DNA of 62,927 bases, filler included, from Octopus bimaculoides (taxonomy: Eukaryota), in assembly GCF_001194135.2 (NCBI RefSeq). It is 6 parts of 6 records of this genome, joined end to end, with 100 filler letters (N's around TTAATTAATTAA, not from the genome) between each part and the next. Parts side by side here need not be neighbours in the genome. Positions count along the whole stretch, not along the records: positions 1 to 7,560 come from NC_069002.1; positions 7,661 to 19,625 come from NC_068996.1; 4 more parts are not named here. One strand, given 5' to 3'. Under the pieces are notes generated by a model. The model had not been told where the DNA came from. It worked only from the letters and a program-made list of their open reading frames with translations, and ran no database searches. This document shows positions 1 to 14,736 of the stretch, piece after piece; the stretch's first letter is position 1; every line of letters starts with the position of its first letter. The position numbers and the translations under genes were made by a program.

Positions 1-35
<35 letters not shown>

Positions 36-238
36 GCATGTGAGTAAATGTCTTATTTTGATTTCGTTGTAATGAGAATCTGTTTAATATCACTGTTTTT
101 CTGGATGTATAATGACTCTTCCCTGACCATGTGTCTTATGCTCAACCATGGCATCATATCTTAGTCCTTTCAGTCCCACTATTTCATAGTTATAGACCTC
201 TTAGAAATATGCTGTTTCCGAATATATAAAAACATATC

Positions 239-360
239 CCCCACAGCAACAGCTTCCGCAACAACAGCTCCCACAGCAACAGGTCCTACAGCAGCCGCTC
301 CCACAGCAACTTCACCCCACAACAACAGCTCCCACAGCAACAGTTCCCACAGTAACAGCA
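239..360 (+). repeat. 15-bp-type tandem repeat (ctcccacagcaacag), reading as PQQQL
   Basis: About 7 imperfect copies; no extended ORF on the + strand. Confidence 0.8.
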
Positions 361-1613
361 AAGACGTCTACTAACGGAAGAACAGCACGGTGGAGAGATA
401 TATATTATACCAATAACCGATCTGTTGATATTAAGGTAATCTACACATAGAAATCAATTGATGACCGGCATTGGGCTCGGACACATTCAATTTCAACACC
501 TATTGGAACACAGGAACCAATAAGCATAGAAGCTGATTATCGTGTACCACATCTATCGATATTCCAATCAACAACACACAGCATTCTACTCTCTGACTTT
601 ATCTCTCCAAATATACCATACGTACAAGAAGGCTACAGGGCAAGAAAAAGAATTAAAAACTACTTGATAGTAATTCGATGATATATCTGAGATCAGAGTT
701 ATATTGTCGAATCTGCTGAGAAAACCACAAGGAATCAATTATGTTGTTGGCCTTGCTAGCTTTTATGTTGCGAAGATGTTATTAGAAGGAGTGAGAAATA
801 TAATTTAGATTCGTCTTTCTCATTTTAGCTCCTGATATTTCTCGACTAATCTAACAGAAGTCGCACTTGCATACATACACACATATATACGTACGCACCA
901 CAATAAATATATCCAAACACACACATATATATACATACACACAAAAAAACAACAACAGCAATAACATATATAACATATATGTATATATATATAAATATAT
1001 ATAATGTATATACGAATAAATATACATACATATATGTATATATATAAATATATATACATACACACATACATACATTCACACATATATACGTACACACACA
1101 TACACCCCACCTACACACATTTATAAATATATATACGTTTGAGTAACCGAAGAGGATGGGAAATAATCCACGCATGCAGTCGAGTATATTTATTAGTTTA
1201 AAGCTGATCATTCACTCAGTCGTTGCTGAGAGCTTCTCCCAACGTGTGTTATTTCATCACACATGACATACATAGACATACACACACGCACACGCACACA
1301 GAAGCTTATGCACGCGCATAGATACACGCATCCGCGCATGCACACAAACACTCATATATATATATTCATGTATGATGAGATGATATGCGCATATAGATAG
1401 TTTAATATGGTAGCAAGATCCACGGGATAGATAATAATGGCACGTAGATAAAGAAGATTATGATGTCCGTCATCGAGCATTCTTTAATATAATCGCCTAA
1501 TCATGTCTCTATGAAATGGCAACCATAAGGCCATATGTGTATATTCACCCCCAGAGAGATGGGGAGGAGAGAGAGAGAGAGAGAAATGGGGAGGAGAGGG
1601 AGAGAGAGATGGG

Positions 1614-1663
<50 letters not shown>

Positions 1664-2844
1664 GGAGGAGACAGAGAGAGTTCGATTGCCAGTGGCAATC
1701 CTTCCTCTCGCAAGTCCACTCAGCTGTCAAAAATGTGTTGTAACTCTATTTCAAATGGGCCATCCTTGTCATAGGCGAGAACCAGGCGAAGGGTATGCGT
1801 TTCTGTGGAGTACTCAGCCATCTGCATGTTAATTCCACAACAAGGTTGTTCTGTTGATCAAATCATCTGGAACCCTCCTCATCATGTGCCTCGGAACCAT
1901 CTCGAAATTCAAGATTTCTGAAATAAGAATATTAACTCTTAATAAAAAGACAAAAATATACTTCACGGACCCAGCCACAAGGAAATTTAAAGGAATGTAC
2001 TACTGAAAAAATGTCGAGACCACAGTTTATAGTGTTGCTGATACATGAGAAATGGTATTGTCTAGGAGAGAGTTACTTGTTATTGCTTTCTAATTTTAGA
2101 ATGTTAAACCATCTTGCATTTAGCGTTGACTTGTATTTTGTGTTGGAATCACAAATGTGATATATGAAGAACCTGACAACCAAACGAACCATGCGACCTC
2201 TTTGCTTTTAAAACAGTGAAATTCTTCTTGGTTTAGAATTTAAATATTTGTAAGATTAATACAAACCCCATGTTTGCAATGTAAGTCATTTGACTGCAAG
2301 CTCTGCTTGTTTCGAATAAGTCCTTTGTTTTGTCGACTACTTTGTATGCTATGACTTTAGAAAGATATGCAAATTTTTAATTGTCGAAGGAAGGTTTCAT
2401 TGATGCACAAAAGTTAACTCTTTAATCAGGTTAACTAAGTCTGCTTTGAAATCTCCGCAGTCATTTATCTGAGAATGTCATGCAGAAATCTTAAGTGTTG
2501 AAAAGGGACTGGATTGATAGACAAAGCTTACACTTAAATCAGGTTAACCAAGTCTATTTTAAGTCTTTTATTCGCAGCCTGGAATTACTGTTATTTGGAC
2601 TGAAATTAATAAAAAAGGAATCTTTCAACTTATTTCATGACATTTCGCATAATTAAGAACCCACAGCTATCGTACAACAGTATGTTATCGCATTCGATCG
2701 ATCAAACGTTTTGTGTTTATGAAACATTCAGTAATATAAATTGTAAATCTGGGGGAAATATTTTGTATATAACTATACCTTTATACGTACACGTATATAG
2801 GCAGATATGTATATACTTATATTTATATGAGTATATAATAATAA

Positions 2845-2881
2845 TAATGGTACTACTACTACTGTTGCTGCAACTAATAGT

Positions 2882-2971
<90 letters not shown>

Positions 2972-2997
2972 AAGAAGAAGAAGAGGAGTAATAATAN
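2845..2997 (+). repeat. Compound (TAA)n(GAA)n microsatellite
   Basis: Directly visible. Confidence 0.95.
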
Positions 2998-4191
2998 NNN
3001 NNNNNNNNNNNNNNNNNNNNNNNNNNNNNNNNNNNNNNNNNNNNNNNNNNNNNNNNNNNNNNNNNNNNNNNNNNNNNNNNNNNNNNNNNNNNNNNNNNNN
3101 NNNNNNNNNNNNNNNNNNNNNNNNNNNNNNNNNNNNNNNNNNNNNNNNNNNNNNNNNNNNNNNNNNNNNNNNNNNNNNNNNNNNNNNNNNNNNNNNNNNN
3201 NNNNNNNNNNNNNNNNNNNNNNNNNNNNNNNNNNNNNNNNNNNNNNNNNNNNNNNNNNNNNNNNNNNNNNNNNNNNNNNNNNNNNNNNNNNNNNNNNNNN
3301 NNNNNNNNNNNNNNNNNNNNNNNNNNNNNNNNNNNNNNNNNNNNNNNNNNNNNNNNNNNNNNNNNNNNNNNNNNNNNNNNNNNNNNNNNNNNNNNNNNNN
3401 NNNNNNNNNNNNNNNNNNNNNNNNNNNNNNNNNNNNNNNNNNNNNNNNNNNNNNNNNNNNNNNNNNNNNNNNNNNNNNNNNNNNNNNNNNNNNNNNNNNN
3501 NNNNNNNNNNNNNNNNNNNNNNNNNNNNNNNNNATATATATATATATATACAGGAGAGAGATGGGAGACAGAGAGGAAAAGAGAGACAGGACGGAAGACA
3601 GCAAACGAGGGAAAAATTGATAAATAAATAAAAGAAGTTAAGAAATGTCTAAAAGGAAATTGGATGTGTTAGAGATAGGAAATTTAATATATAGCTTACA
3701 ATAAATCAGTAATACTTATAGTTGAAAAAAAAATACTAATTTGTTTGATAACTCGATTGCGGGAGGTAATATTCAACAGAAGGTATTTATCATAAATGAG
3801 GTGATATTATAATAAGATGAAATAGGATTTCTGATAGGGTGCGAGTAGTACGATTGAGTTAAGTAGCGCATATCACGAGATATTTTTTCATTTCTCACAT
3901 AGGGCATGCACATAGACACATACACAAAAACACACATACATATATATGCATTGGTCTATGCATTGGTCCGTGCTGCAGCACAGAATTTTGTCAGTGAACA
4001 GGTCGCGGTCTCAAAGCGACGAAAATATTTTGACAAATTAAATTTAAATATTGAAGTGCATCTCCGTAATATATATATATATANNNNNNNNNNNNNNNNN
4101 NNNNNNNNNNNNNNNNNNNNNNNNNNNNNNNNNNNNNNNNNNNNNNNNNNNNNNNNNNNNNNNNNNNNTATATGTATATGTATATATATAC

Positions 4192-4223
<32 letters not shown>

Positions 4224-4636
4224 AAATAAATACATATATGTTCATAGACACACACACACGCCCACACTTACACTTACACACAAAGACACACACACACACA
4301 CACACACACATACATATATATACACATAAACATTCATAGATTCATATCTTTACACATACAGTAAAATGATCGTACTTGTATAAAGGTAGCAGGGAATTCG
4401 TATAAAGAAGTTTCTAATGGTGGCAATATAAACATTTATTAATGCCGAATTTTTTATGATTACAATTGCTATGATTTAATCGTTGGAACTTGATAATTCG
4501 AAAGATGAAGCCATAACAATTGCTACTCCAAAATTTGTCGGAGTTAACAATATTTTAAGACACACATACTTTAAGAGAAATTACATACACGTTTATCAAT
4601 GCAGTCTACAAATATACTTTGTAATACTGATCAGCC

Positions 4637-4733
<97 letters not shown>

Positions 4734-7227
4734 TTCTCTATCTCGCAGCTTTCCATTTTTCAGTAGCTCTCTATTTTCTGTATCCGTTTTTCTACCTATC
4801 TCTCTAACTATTTATATGTATATACATACATAAATACACAGATAAACAGATGAAAAAAACACGCGCGCGTGCAAGCACGCACGCACACACACACACATAT
4901 AGGTAGATCGATATAAGAAGACAGATAGATATATGCTGTTCTGTATTACTTCTTATCTGTCAATTGTTGGGAAAGTACTATAGAATATCCGGTCACAAAA
5001 ACATTTTCTCTATACACGAAAGTTTGGTGGGAGAAAAAAGGTATGTATTTGCGGATAAATTTCAAGACCTTCCTGAGCTTTCATTGGTGGCTATCGTCTT
5101 TCGTTGTCCGGAGACACTGCTTATAAACTTGGTATTGTGAATAGAAGATCCCAATTTGTATCATTATAAACATATTGTATATGAAAGCAATGCATTGTAT
5201 ATCTTTCTGTAAGATTCTACATTGGCTAAAATTTATAGATATACTTTTGTTTGCGAAAGGATCACTGAAATAAACGATTGATTCAAATTGTGCGCACACA
5301 CACCGACATATACACACACGTACTCACACATATATGTCATCTTCTCGCGCTCACTCTACAGATGTGTGAGTGTGTATATACAGCAGTGAGAACCTAGAGT
5401 TGAAATAATTGTCTTTTTCTTTTCGTGTTGTTATCTAGATCCATAACATGTAACACCGAGCACAATTTTGATCAAAGGCCCTGCAACAGCGACCATTGTG
5501 TCTTTCAGAATTATCTATGACGACGATTTAGTATGTCCTTCCTATTTGTAAGACGATAGGATGTAAAGTGAGGTAAATGATGTTATTTCTAATATGTCTA
5601 TCGACCGCATAGACAATTTTCTCATTGGCCATTGGCCGTTGGTTATAACACGCTATCGCTTTCAGGATATAAACATATCGATTTCGGTCAGCTGGGAATC
5701 ATTCGTCTAAAAAGATCAAAAACAAGGAGATCAGAAACAAAAGCATTTCCTTGATCAAAGTTGTCACATTCGCTGTAAGACATATCAATAAATTCAATTG
5801 GAACTTTAATCTCATACACAAAAACGATTATATTTGTGATCATAACGTGTGCGAGGATGCGAAATACTGATAATGTAAAAAGAAAAAATAAAGTATTCAG
5901 AAAGAAAAAGTGAGGAAGTTGTGTGTGGTGGAGAGAGGGAGTGTAAAAGGAGAAAATGATGATAGCGAAAGTGAAAGTGAAAGAGTATCCATTTAATAAC
6001 CAAAGAAATGCTCAAATAAAGATTGTATAGCGCAACATTAATGGCGATGGTAGCGGCTGGGATTGCGGTTGTCTAATATAAGCAAACTCTGTGAATTACT
6101 TTGACACTTTTGATATATCAGCCATGTTAGACCAAGGATTCCTTATTTTTTTCTTTTGTCTCCTTCCTTTATTTTCTTTGTCAATTGACATACCAGAGAT
6201 GCTTTATCGTATAAATTTGACTTTTAAAAATTTTGCGAGAGAAGCGTTGTTTCCCGTCGAAGAAAAGATGAAAAGAAAAGAAGAAAAATGCAGCATAGAC
6301 TTTACGTGATGTTTGAAATAGAGAAAAAAAAGATCAAAACAATTTCCGCTTTTTAGATTCACTTTATAACTAAATTATGTCAATGACGAAGCGTAATAAG
6401 GAAACAAAGAACGAAGACGCTGAGTGGTCGTTAGATTTGCTAATAATAGCAACCACATTTCTTTCAAATTCCTTCATGTTGTATTAATTTTAAAAATCAT
6501 TGCATAATATATTCATAACTCCACTACCTTTTGAAAGACGAGTGTTATGTCTTAATGTCTACTCGATGCCTACTGACCTGGGGTTAAATAGTAATAATAA
6601 CAGCATCAAGCGAAAAAGCGAGTCTTTACGTGGTCATTCAATTTGCGAGAAATAGCAGACAAATATGCTATTACGAACAACAATGACGATATGTAAAGCA
6701 TTTCTTCACGGCCGCTGCTAAACTTAATTTTAATGTTATTTGAAAGGTTGCGGTATGTCTTTTCTGTCGTGGAACAGTCCCAGTAAAATTATTTAGATAA
6801 ATTCGAACTAGCTAAAATATATCTACATGGTCAATTGACGCGCTAGAAATAGCTGTCAAATTTCCTTCAAATCGAACTTTCTTGACTCATCGCTAGAACA
6901 GTGTTTTGATCACAGAGTTCTGCACTCCGGACTCAGATAGATGACCAAGAGATGGACAAAAGTGGAAGCAACGGATATCAATTACGACTAGAAGATTGAT
7001 TGAAGACCATGTGGGCTTGAAGTTGAAACGATGCGGGAAGAGAGTAAATAGTAACAGATATATAGATTATTTTATAAGTAATACTGCTGATACACTTCTA
7101 ACAAACATAGTAACGAGTCAACAAGGAGACCACTAGATGTTCACTCGAGTTACTAAAAGTAGCAGCCAAATCGCCTTCAATTTACTACATGATAGAGATC
7201 TTATTGGACAATATATATACATATATT

Positions 7228-7312
7228 AAAGGTTATTTGGCAACATAATGTGGCAGTCCCCGTTGATACGAATGTTATCGGGACTGCCACATTATGTTGG
7301 CAAATAATCTTT
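7228..7312. repeat. 85-bp near-perfect hairpin
   Basis: 20 perfect bp (7241-7260 with 7280-7299) inside 33-bp arms that have one mismatch and one G-U pair. Confidence 0.9.
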
Positions 7313-7560
7313 ACTTTAGAATACTGTTACTGAATGTCTCTCGTTGAGAGATTTAGAAATATTAATGTTTCTATATAAACGTATACACACACACGCATAC
7401 ACACGCACACACACACACATACGTGTGTATGTATGTGTGTATGTATGTATATATTACCTTAAAAATGTGTTTTCTTCAAGAAGACATCTAGGACTGAGAT
7501 TCTGATAAATCTCATATACCTATTCAATAACTTAAAGTGTATTAGTATATATATATATAT

Positions 7561-7660
7561 NNNNNNNNNNNNNNNNNNNNNNNNNNNNNNNNNNNNNNNN
7601 NNNNTTAATTAATTAANNNNNNNNNNNNNNNNNNNNNNNNNNNNNNNNNNNNNNNNNNNN
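7561..7660. other. Artificial scaffold linker 44N-TTAATTAATTAA-44N (also at 19626-19725, 38882-38981, 53043-53142 and 61278-61377)
   Basis: Five identical 100-bp cassettes; the 12-mer gives stop codons in all six frames. Confidence 0.97.
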
Positions 7661-7866
7661 GAAATTTACGTATGCTTAATAATTTTACGCAAAACAGCCT
7701 TCAGACTTTCCCTATTAATTTCATCGTCTTTTGAATTATGAACATATTTACATCATAAGGGTTTTTTCGTTGTAAGGCTTTCTTTTTTAGTTGATTTTCA
7801 GCTAGCAAGACTTATCGTAGATGGCATAATAAGTCACACCCGGACAAGATCGGGTTATACTGCTAG
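7661..7866 (+). mobile_element. 3' end of a Helitron-like element
   Basis: acccg-gacaagat-cgggt hairpin followed by tgCTAG|T, the same architecture as 42071-42100. The 5' part is lost at a linker gap. Confidence 0.55.
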
Positions 7867-8957
7867 TGCTCTAATAAATCTTACTGTTATTCATCTTTAT
7901 CGGTTGCGTTCCTATCTTGTCCTTCCTGGCAAACTTCTTAGTTCTCTATGTTATAGTATTATAACATATATCTTTATATTTTGTGTCGACTGTGTGACGC
8001 GTTAAAAAAGGAGCCTGTTTTCCATTCGTCTCCATTTCTCCTTTGGTTCTCACGGTCGTTCTTACACTGGATATACTCTACGTATGTGTGTACTGCCCGT
8101 CGAACAAGAAAAACGCATACATTGTCTATGTGTGTTTGATAATGTTTACAACACTGGCGCTGTTGCTAATTCATATTTGAATTTATTCCTATGTCATCAT
8201 CTTCCAGGCATACCAGCAAATAGTTTTTACCCTATCTTGCATATAGTCGTAGATAGGCTATTCAATTTACCTCTGGTTCGGTCCAGATACATGCTGTTAA
8301 TCCACAAAAATGTTGAAACATTGATGTTCATCGCTCCAGAATTGGACTTGGGGTATGCTGTCTTGCGCCCGCGTGTGTTAGTCGTGGTGTATTTTATTTA
8401 CGTAATACGTACTGTGCCTCGTATTGTTTTTGTATCGGTAGTTATTCTCTTCTATATTATGTGTATATTACCTAGCACTGAAGATATGTATAACGTTGCC
8501 AATGTTATTAATATCTGAGGAGATTAGTCAAATACCATCGATTCCAGTACTTGACTGGTACTTCATTTTATCGACCCCGGATGTATAAAAAGCATTCACT
8601 AAATATGAGACAGACCACCAGCGGCCACTAAGCAGTATTTCTAGGTCCAGAAATTGCTGTTGTTATTGTGGTTGTTGTTGCTGCTGCTGCTGCTATTTAA
8701 GGTGGTACATGGCTGAGTATTTAAAGCGTCGACCAAAATGCTTAGTGCCATTTCTTCCGGTTCTTTGTTGTTCTGAGATCAAATGTTGCCGAGACCGACC
8801 ATGCCTATCATCCTTTCGGAATCGATAAAACGAGTTAAGAGTCAAGTACTGAGGTCGATGTAGTCGACTTCCCCCCACCTCTAAATTGTTGGCTTTGCGT
8901 TAAAATCATAAACCATTAAAATGAATCATCATCATCATCGTCGTCAGTAGTATTAGT

Positions 8958-9447
8958 ATACTCTTTTACTCTTTTACTTGTTTCAGTCATTTGACTGTGG
9001 CCATGCTGGAGCACCACCTTTAGTCGAGCAAATCGACTTATTCTTTGGAAGCCTAGTACTTATTCTATCGGTCTCTTTTGCCGAACCGATAAGATACAGG
9101 GTCGTAAACACACCAGCATCGGTTGTCAAGCGATGCTAGGGGGACAAACACAGACACACAAACATATATATACACACAGACACACACACACACACACACA
9201 CACANNNNNNNNNNNNNNNNNNNNNNNNNNNNNNNNNNNNNNNNNNNNNNNNNNNNNNNNNNNNNNNNNNNNNNNNNNNNNNNNNNNNNNNNNNNNNNNN
9301 NNATATATACATATATATGACGGGCTTCTTTCAGTTTCCGTCTACCAAATCCACTCAGAAAGCTTTGGTCGGCCCAAAGCTATAGTAGAAGACACTTGCC
9401 CAAGGTGCCACGCAGTGGGATTGAACCCGGAACCATGTGTTTGGTAA
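8958..9447 (-). mobile_element. tRNA-derived SINE family 1 (octopus OK/OR-type), bipartite with central microsatellite
   Basis: Minus-strand B box GGTTCAATCCC, conserved body (cacttgcccaagg, ccaaatccactca) and (AGTAAAAG)-like tail. Collinear with 12652-13213. Confidence 0.88.
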
Positions 9448-9759
9448 ACGAAAAAGAAAGACATTAAATACATTAGCCCTAGATATGCTATGTGTGTGTG
9501 TGAGAGAGAGAGGGGATGGTCACAAATGGAATATATTTGCTCCACAGCTCTTGGGGATGACCTTGCTTTAACCATCAACTTCTGCTACATTACCAGTAGC
9601 AACAGCAACAACAACAGCAGCAGCAAGAACAGGGACAACAGCAACAGCAACAGCAAAAGTGGCACTTCAGTAGCAGCAGCAACCAGACACGCGAATGTTT
9701 GACAATAACATGGAATGTTATCAAGAGTTGAAAAGAGAAAAACAGGGAGAGAAAAACAG

Positions 9760-10309
9760 GGAGAGAGAGAGAGAGAGAGAAAATAAGACAGAGAGAAAGA
9801 GAAAGAGAATAGGACAGAAAGAGAGAGATAGAAAGCGTGAGAGAGATAGAAAATGAGAGAGAGAGAGAAAGTGAGAGAGAGAGAGAAAGTGAGAGAGAGA
9901 GAGAAAGCGAGAGAGAGAGAGAGAGAGAGAGAGTGAGAGAGAGATAGAGAGTGAGAGAGAGATAGAAAGTGTGAGAGAGATAGAGAGTGAGAGAGAGATA
10001 GAGAGTGAGAGAGAGATAGAGAGTGAGAGAGAGATAGAAGGTGAGAGAGAGATAGAAAGTGAGAGAGAGATAGAGAGTGAGAGAGAGATAGAAGGTGAGA
10101 GAGAGATAGAGAGTGAGAGATATATAGAAAGTGAGAGAGAGATAGAAAGTGAGAGAGAGATAGAGAATGAGACAGAGATAGAAGGTAAGAGAGAGATAGA
10201 AAGTGAGAGAGAGATAGAAAGTGAGAGAGATATAGAATGTGAGAGAGAGATAGAAAGTGAGAGAGAGATAGAAGGTAAGAGAGAGATAGAAAGTGAGAGA
10301 GATATAGAA

Positions 10310-10341
<32 letters not shown>
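9760..10341 (+). repeat. GA-rich minisatellite, 18-bp unit GAGAGAGATAGAAAGTGA
   Basis: More than 20 copies; source of the spurious ESEREI and SLSI ORFs. Confidence 0.9.
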
Positions 10342-12651
10342 CAAGACGAGAATAAATTTCTAGTTCGTGATAAATGATGGATGAGGTATCTTGGAACCAG
10401 GTCATGGTTCTTGATGGTTTTAATGTCTGAAAGAAACCACCTTCATCAACACCACCACCACCACCACCACCACTACCACCACCATCTCGCTTACTTCCAC
10501 CTCAAAGTCCTTCTTCCGCCGCCGCCACCACCGCCGCTACCGCCGCCACCACCCGCAGTTGGTGCTGCTATTACTGCTGCCGTGCTATGTTTCTTTTGCT
10601 ATAACTCATATGATGTGATTAATGCTGCTTACTGTTGTTGATGTTTGATGATGATGATGATGATGATGATGTCCTTGTTGCTGATGTAATTCCTGTTGTT
10701 TACTGCCCCAGCTTAATCTTATAGACACTGATGTTTGTTGAAATAAAACACAAATTACTTAATATAACCCATAAATTGTTGTTGTTGTTGTTGCTGTTGT
10801 GCTGTTGTTCTTGCTGCTGTATTTGTTATTGTTTTTGTTGCTGTTCTCGTTATTGTCGATGCTGTTGTTATTGTTGTTGTTGCGACTGTTATTTTGTTGT
10901 TGTTGTGTCATTTTCTAGAACCAGGTCGGACCTGATCCAGTAAAACCAAGATCAAAGCTATACCACCTTTTATTCAGAAATCATGTATTTGGGGCTGCAT
11001 GATCTAATATATAATATTAGTTGTTAGTGTCACCGCCATTGTTTAACCCCAGGTCAGTGTTAAAACTGTAAAGTATGATCATAGAACCCTTTGTTCAGGC
11101 TATCTATGACTACATTTTCTAATATAGAGTAGTGTTAGTGGCGTTAGTTGCTGTTTAGCTCCAGGTCAGACCTAATCCAGTAGATTTACAATCACAGATA
11201 TTCCAACCGTCCTAGCTCATCTATTGGATCTAGCTTTTTTTCATTCGCAAAAATATGCATTTTTTAAAAGAAGTAAAAAAATCTGAAAATCAGCTATAAT
11301 AATGTAGCTTTCTAGTCTCATTGCTTTGAAGGTGTGATGATGGGGAGAAAAATATTGGAGAAAAAGTTACAGACGTTTAAAAATTCGAAGAAACTGGGTA
11401 TTTTTAGTCAATGGCAAGACAGAAATTTTCTGCATTTAGCGGAGCGGTGTCAACTTTAAGTTTGTATCCTGTGAAATTTATAGTTTAGTGTCTGACCTCT
11501 TCATTGTAGGTTTCTCAGTAAACAGAAACAACTAATTTCATTGTAGGTTTCTAAATAAACAGAAATACCTAATAAAATCAACATGTATCATCTTACAGTT
11601 TCTTTTGTGTCTTCATTGATTGTATATTTTTATCATTTAAAAACAAAAAATTGTATTAATATATTTGTCTGCATGTGTTTATTTTATGCGTACTTCAGTA
11701 TTATATGTCTGTCATGTATTTGTGTCCATCATTAATATATAAGTACATGTATGTTTTATGTGTGTGTCTTCCAAACTCCAAAGTTGAGTAACGTTTCCAT
11801 GCTTGGATTTGTAAACTACGATAAGAATAACACTGGTCAACAAAGAATTTGTCTCAAGATAAAAGAATACCTTTATCCTATATGTCTTTGCATGCAGAAT
11901 TCAAAAATAATGTCAAATTATTTGTATCACCCACAGTTTCTCTGTTCCACGATATCTCTCTCAGTTCCTGTTACGTGGGCTAAATTTCAGTTAAGGTATT
12001 GAAATGTGAAGCTAACAGTTCAAGAAATACTCCTAATTAAAATTTTTATGAATAGAATTAACCGAGAGAAATCATATCATAAATCCAGCTATCTGAGGCA
12101 ATGAGCTCCAAAACAATATGAAATGAAAAATGTCTAAAAATACGAAGTGTGAAAAATCAACATAGACAACAGCGGCACAGACAACAGTGAACCACAACAT
12201 AGCGTGCAGTTGTCATGGTAACAAGCTGCTAATGCCACGCTTTCTGTTTGATTGGCTAAAATTACCCAAATTTTCTCAAATTTTAATTCCAAATAACATC
12301 AGATTCTGTAATTTACGAGATAAAGTAATTGGTTGAGCGTAATCAAAATTCAGAGTTGCTTCGATACACCAAAATTGAAAGCAATCTGAGCAAAATTAAG
12401 GTGTGTGTGGCGGGGGGAGGATTCATTTTGCGAATAAGAAAGACTAGATCCCATCTATTCAGACATACTGAACCTAGGATTATATGATATAATGTATCGT
12501 GCCCCAGTATGTATTCAACGCTGTAGTGGTTGTTTAGCCCCGGGCCTCTAATCAAAGATGTCCTAGCAGTGACACTCGTAACTATAATACATTCAGACAT
12601 TGTATCTACATATAGCGTAATATAAATATCCATTATCTAATGCATAATAGC

Positions 12652-13213
12652 TACTCTTTACTTATTTCAGTCATTTGACTGCGGCCATGCTGGAGCACCG
12701 CCTTTAGTCGAGCAAATCGGCCCCAGGACTTATTCTTTGCAAGCCTAGTACTTAATTCTATCGGTCACTTTTGCCGATCCACTAAGTTACGGGGACGTAA
12801 ACGCACCAGCATCGGTTGTCAAGCGATGTTGGGGGGACAAACACAGACACACAAACATATACACACACACACACANNNNNNNNNNNNNNNNNNNNNNNNN
12901 NNNNNNNNNNNNNNNNNNNNNNNNNNNNNNNNNNNNNNNNNNNNNNNNNNNNNNNNNNNNNNNNNNNNNNNNNNNNNNNNNNNNNNNNNNNNNNNNNNNN
13001 NNNNNNNNNNNNNNNNNNNNNNNNNNNNNNNNNNNNNNNNTATATATACATATATACGACGGGCTTCTTTCAGTTTCTGTCTACCAAATCCACTCACAAG
13101 GCTTTGGTCGGCCCAAGGCTATAGTAAAAGACACTTGTCCAAGGTACCACGCAGTGGGACTGAACCCGGAACCATGTGGTTGGTAAGCAAGCTACTTACC
13201 GCATAGCCACTCC
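12652..13213 (-). mobile_element. SINE family 1, near full length
   Basis: A box TGGCTATGCGG and B box GGTTCAGTCCC on the minus strand; same body as 8958-9447. Confidence 0.9.
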
Positions 13214-13634
13214 ATAGATGGTATTAACAAATATGGTCGTTTTTTTTTTGTTTTGTTTTTGTTATTACTGCTACTCTTTACTCCCTGGTCAATTCTGAGC
13301 TAGTAGAATTGTATCCGTAGTTGTTGACTAAATCATTTCAAATTGAACAAACTATGATCAAGATCTATTCTTTCCATGACTATCCTGACACGTATTCAGG
13401 GATGGTGGTTTTACTCCGGATGTTGTGGCACATAGCGTGGCACATTCTGAAATTATCTTCCATTGACTATTTTCTGTTGACGAATATCATATAAGCTGCA
13501 TTTAGTTGACAGTTAATGCATGAAATTAGGTCAAACTTACATACTAACAAAAGTATACATGTGCAAGCACGCATACACGCATACACACATATACATAAAT
13601 ATATACACACACATATATATATATACACACACAT

Positions 13635-13678
<44 letters not shown>

Positions 13679-14145
13679 CATATACATATATATATATATA
13701 TANNNNNNNNNNNNNNNNNNNNNNNNNNNNNNNNNNNNNNNNNNNNNNNNNNNNNNNNNNNNNNNNNNNNNNNNNNNNNNNNNNNNNNNNNNNNNNNNNN
13801 NNNNNNNNNNNNNNNNNNNNNNNNNNNNNNNNNNNNNNNNNNNNNNNNNNNNNNNNNNNNNNNNNNNNNNNNNNNNNNNNNNNNNNNNNAATATATAAAA
13901 AATGAATTTTAATTTATAATTTTGTCAGAGATATTTTTAACATGTTTCGGTTCTTGAAAAAACGAACCTTATCAAAAATACATATTTTAAAAAAATGAAA
14001 TTAAATGAAAATTTCATAATTGTTCCTTACTGGTGTCAACATAGTCCACGTGGAGGCACTTTTTGTTGGTTGTAGTAGTAGTAGTAGTAGTGACCGTGTT
14101 GGTAATGGTAAATGGCAGTGACCTCTCTCCGTGTCAGTAGCAGTA

Positions 14146-14184
<39 letters not shown>

Positions 14185-14736
14185 AAGGTAGAACAGAAAG
14201 AACACAACGAACGGTAACCATCAAAACACAACATGCGGGGAAAATAGACGCTAGCACGACAAACAGCAAACAGGATAATAACAAAATATATGGATCATTC
14301 GCAGCCGATTACCTCTTCAGTCGGAGTCCGGAATGTCTTTGTAGTTTGGTCCCCTTATCTCCGATGCTACTCGAATCCGGCGGGGTCAGGGACTTAAGCT
14401 AAAAGTATTAAGCCTCTGGAAAAGGCAAACGAATGTGTACAAGAACGAAAATAGGAACGGAAACAAAAACGAGAAAGCTAGAATTATACACGTATGACAG
14501 AATGCCTTTCGGCTATACAAAAGAAGGAAAAATATGTTTGTACATATACGAATACAAATAAGTAAATAACAGAAAGGGTTTTTTGACTATCGGACGAGCA
14601 TAATGTTATGAAATAAAAAAATATACATATACAATGGACAAGCATCTTTCGGCTATACAACAAAAGGGAAATAATTGTACAAATACAACAGAAATAAAAC
14701 AAAAAAGGTCTTTCGATTATCACATATATATATACA

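Noticed and set aside
400-800. Possible Ulp1-like cysteine-protease remnant (HW..YSL..CGL) after the PQQQL repeats
   Set aside because: The motifs fall in different frames and need several assumed changes; not supportable without a profile search.
14296-14335. Minus-strand CTGAAGAGG..GCGAAT as a hammerhead
   Set aside because: The GAAA box is broken and the stems are not convincing.
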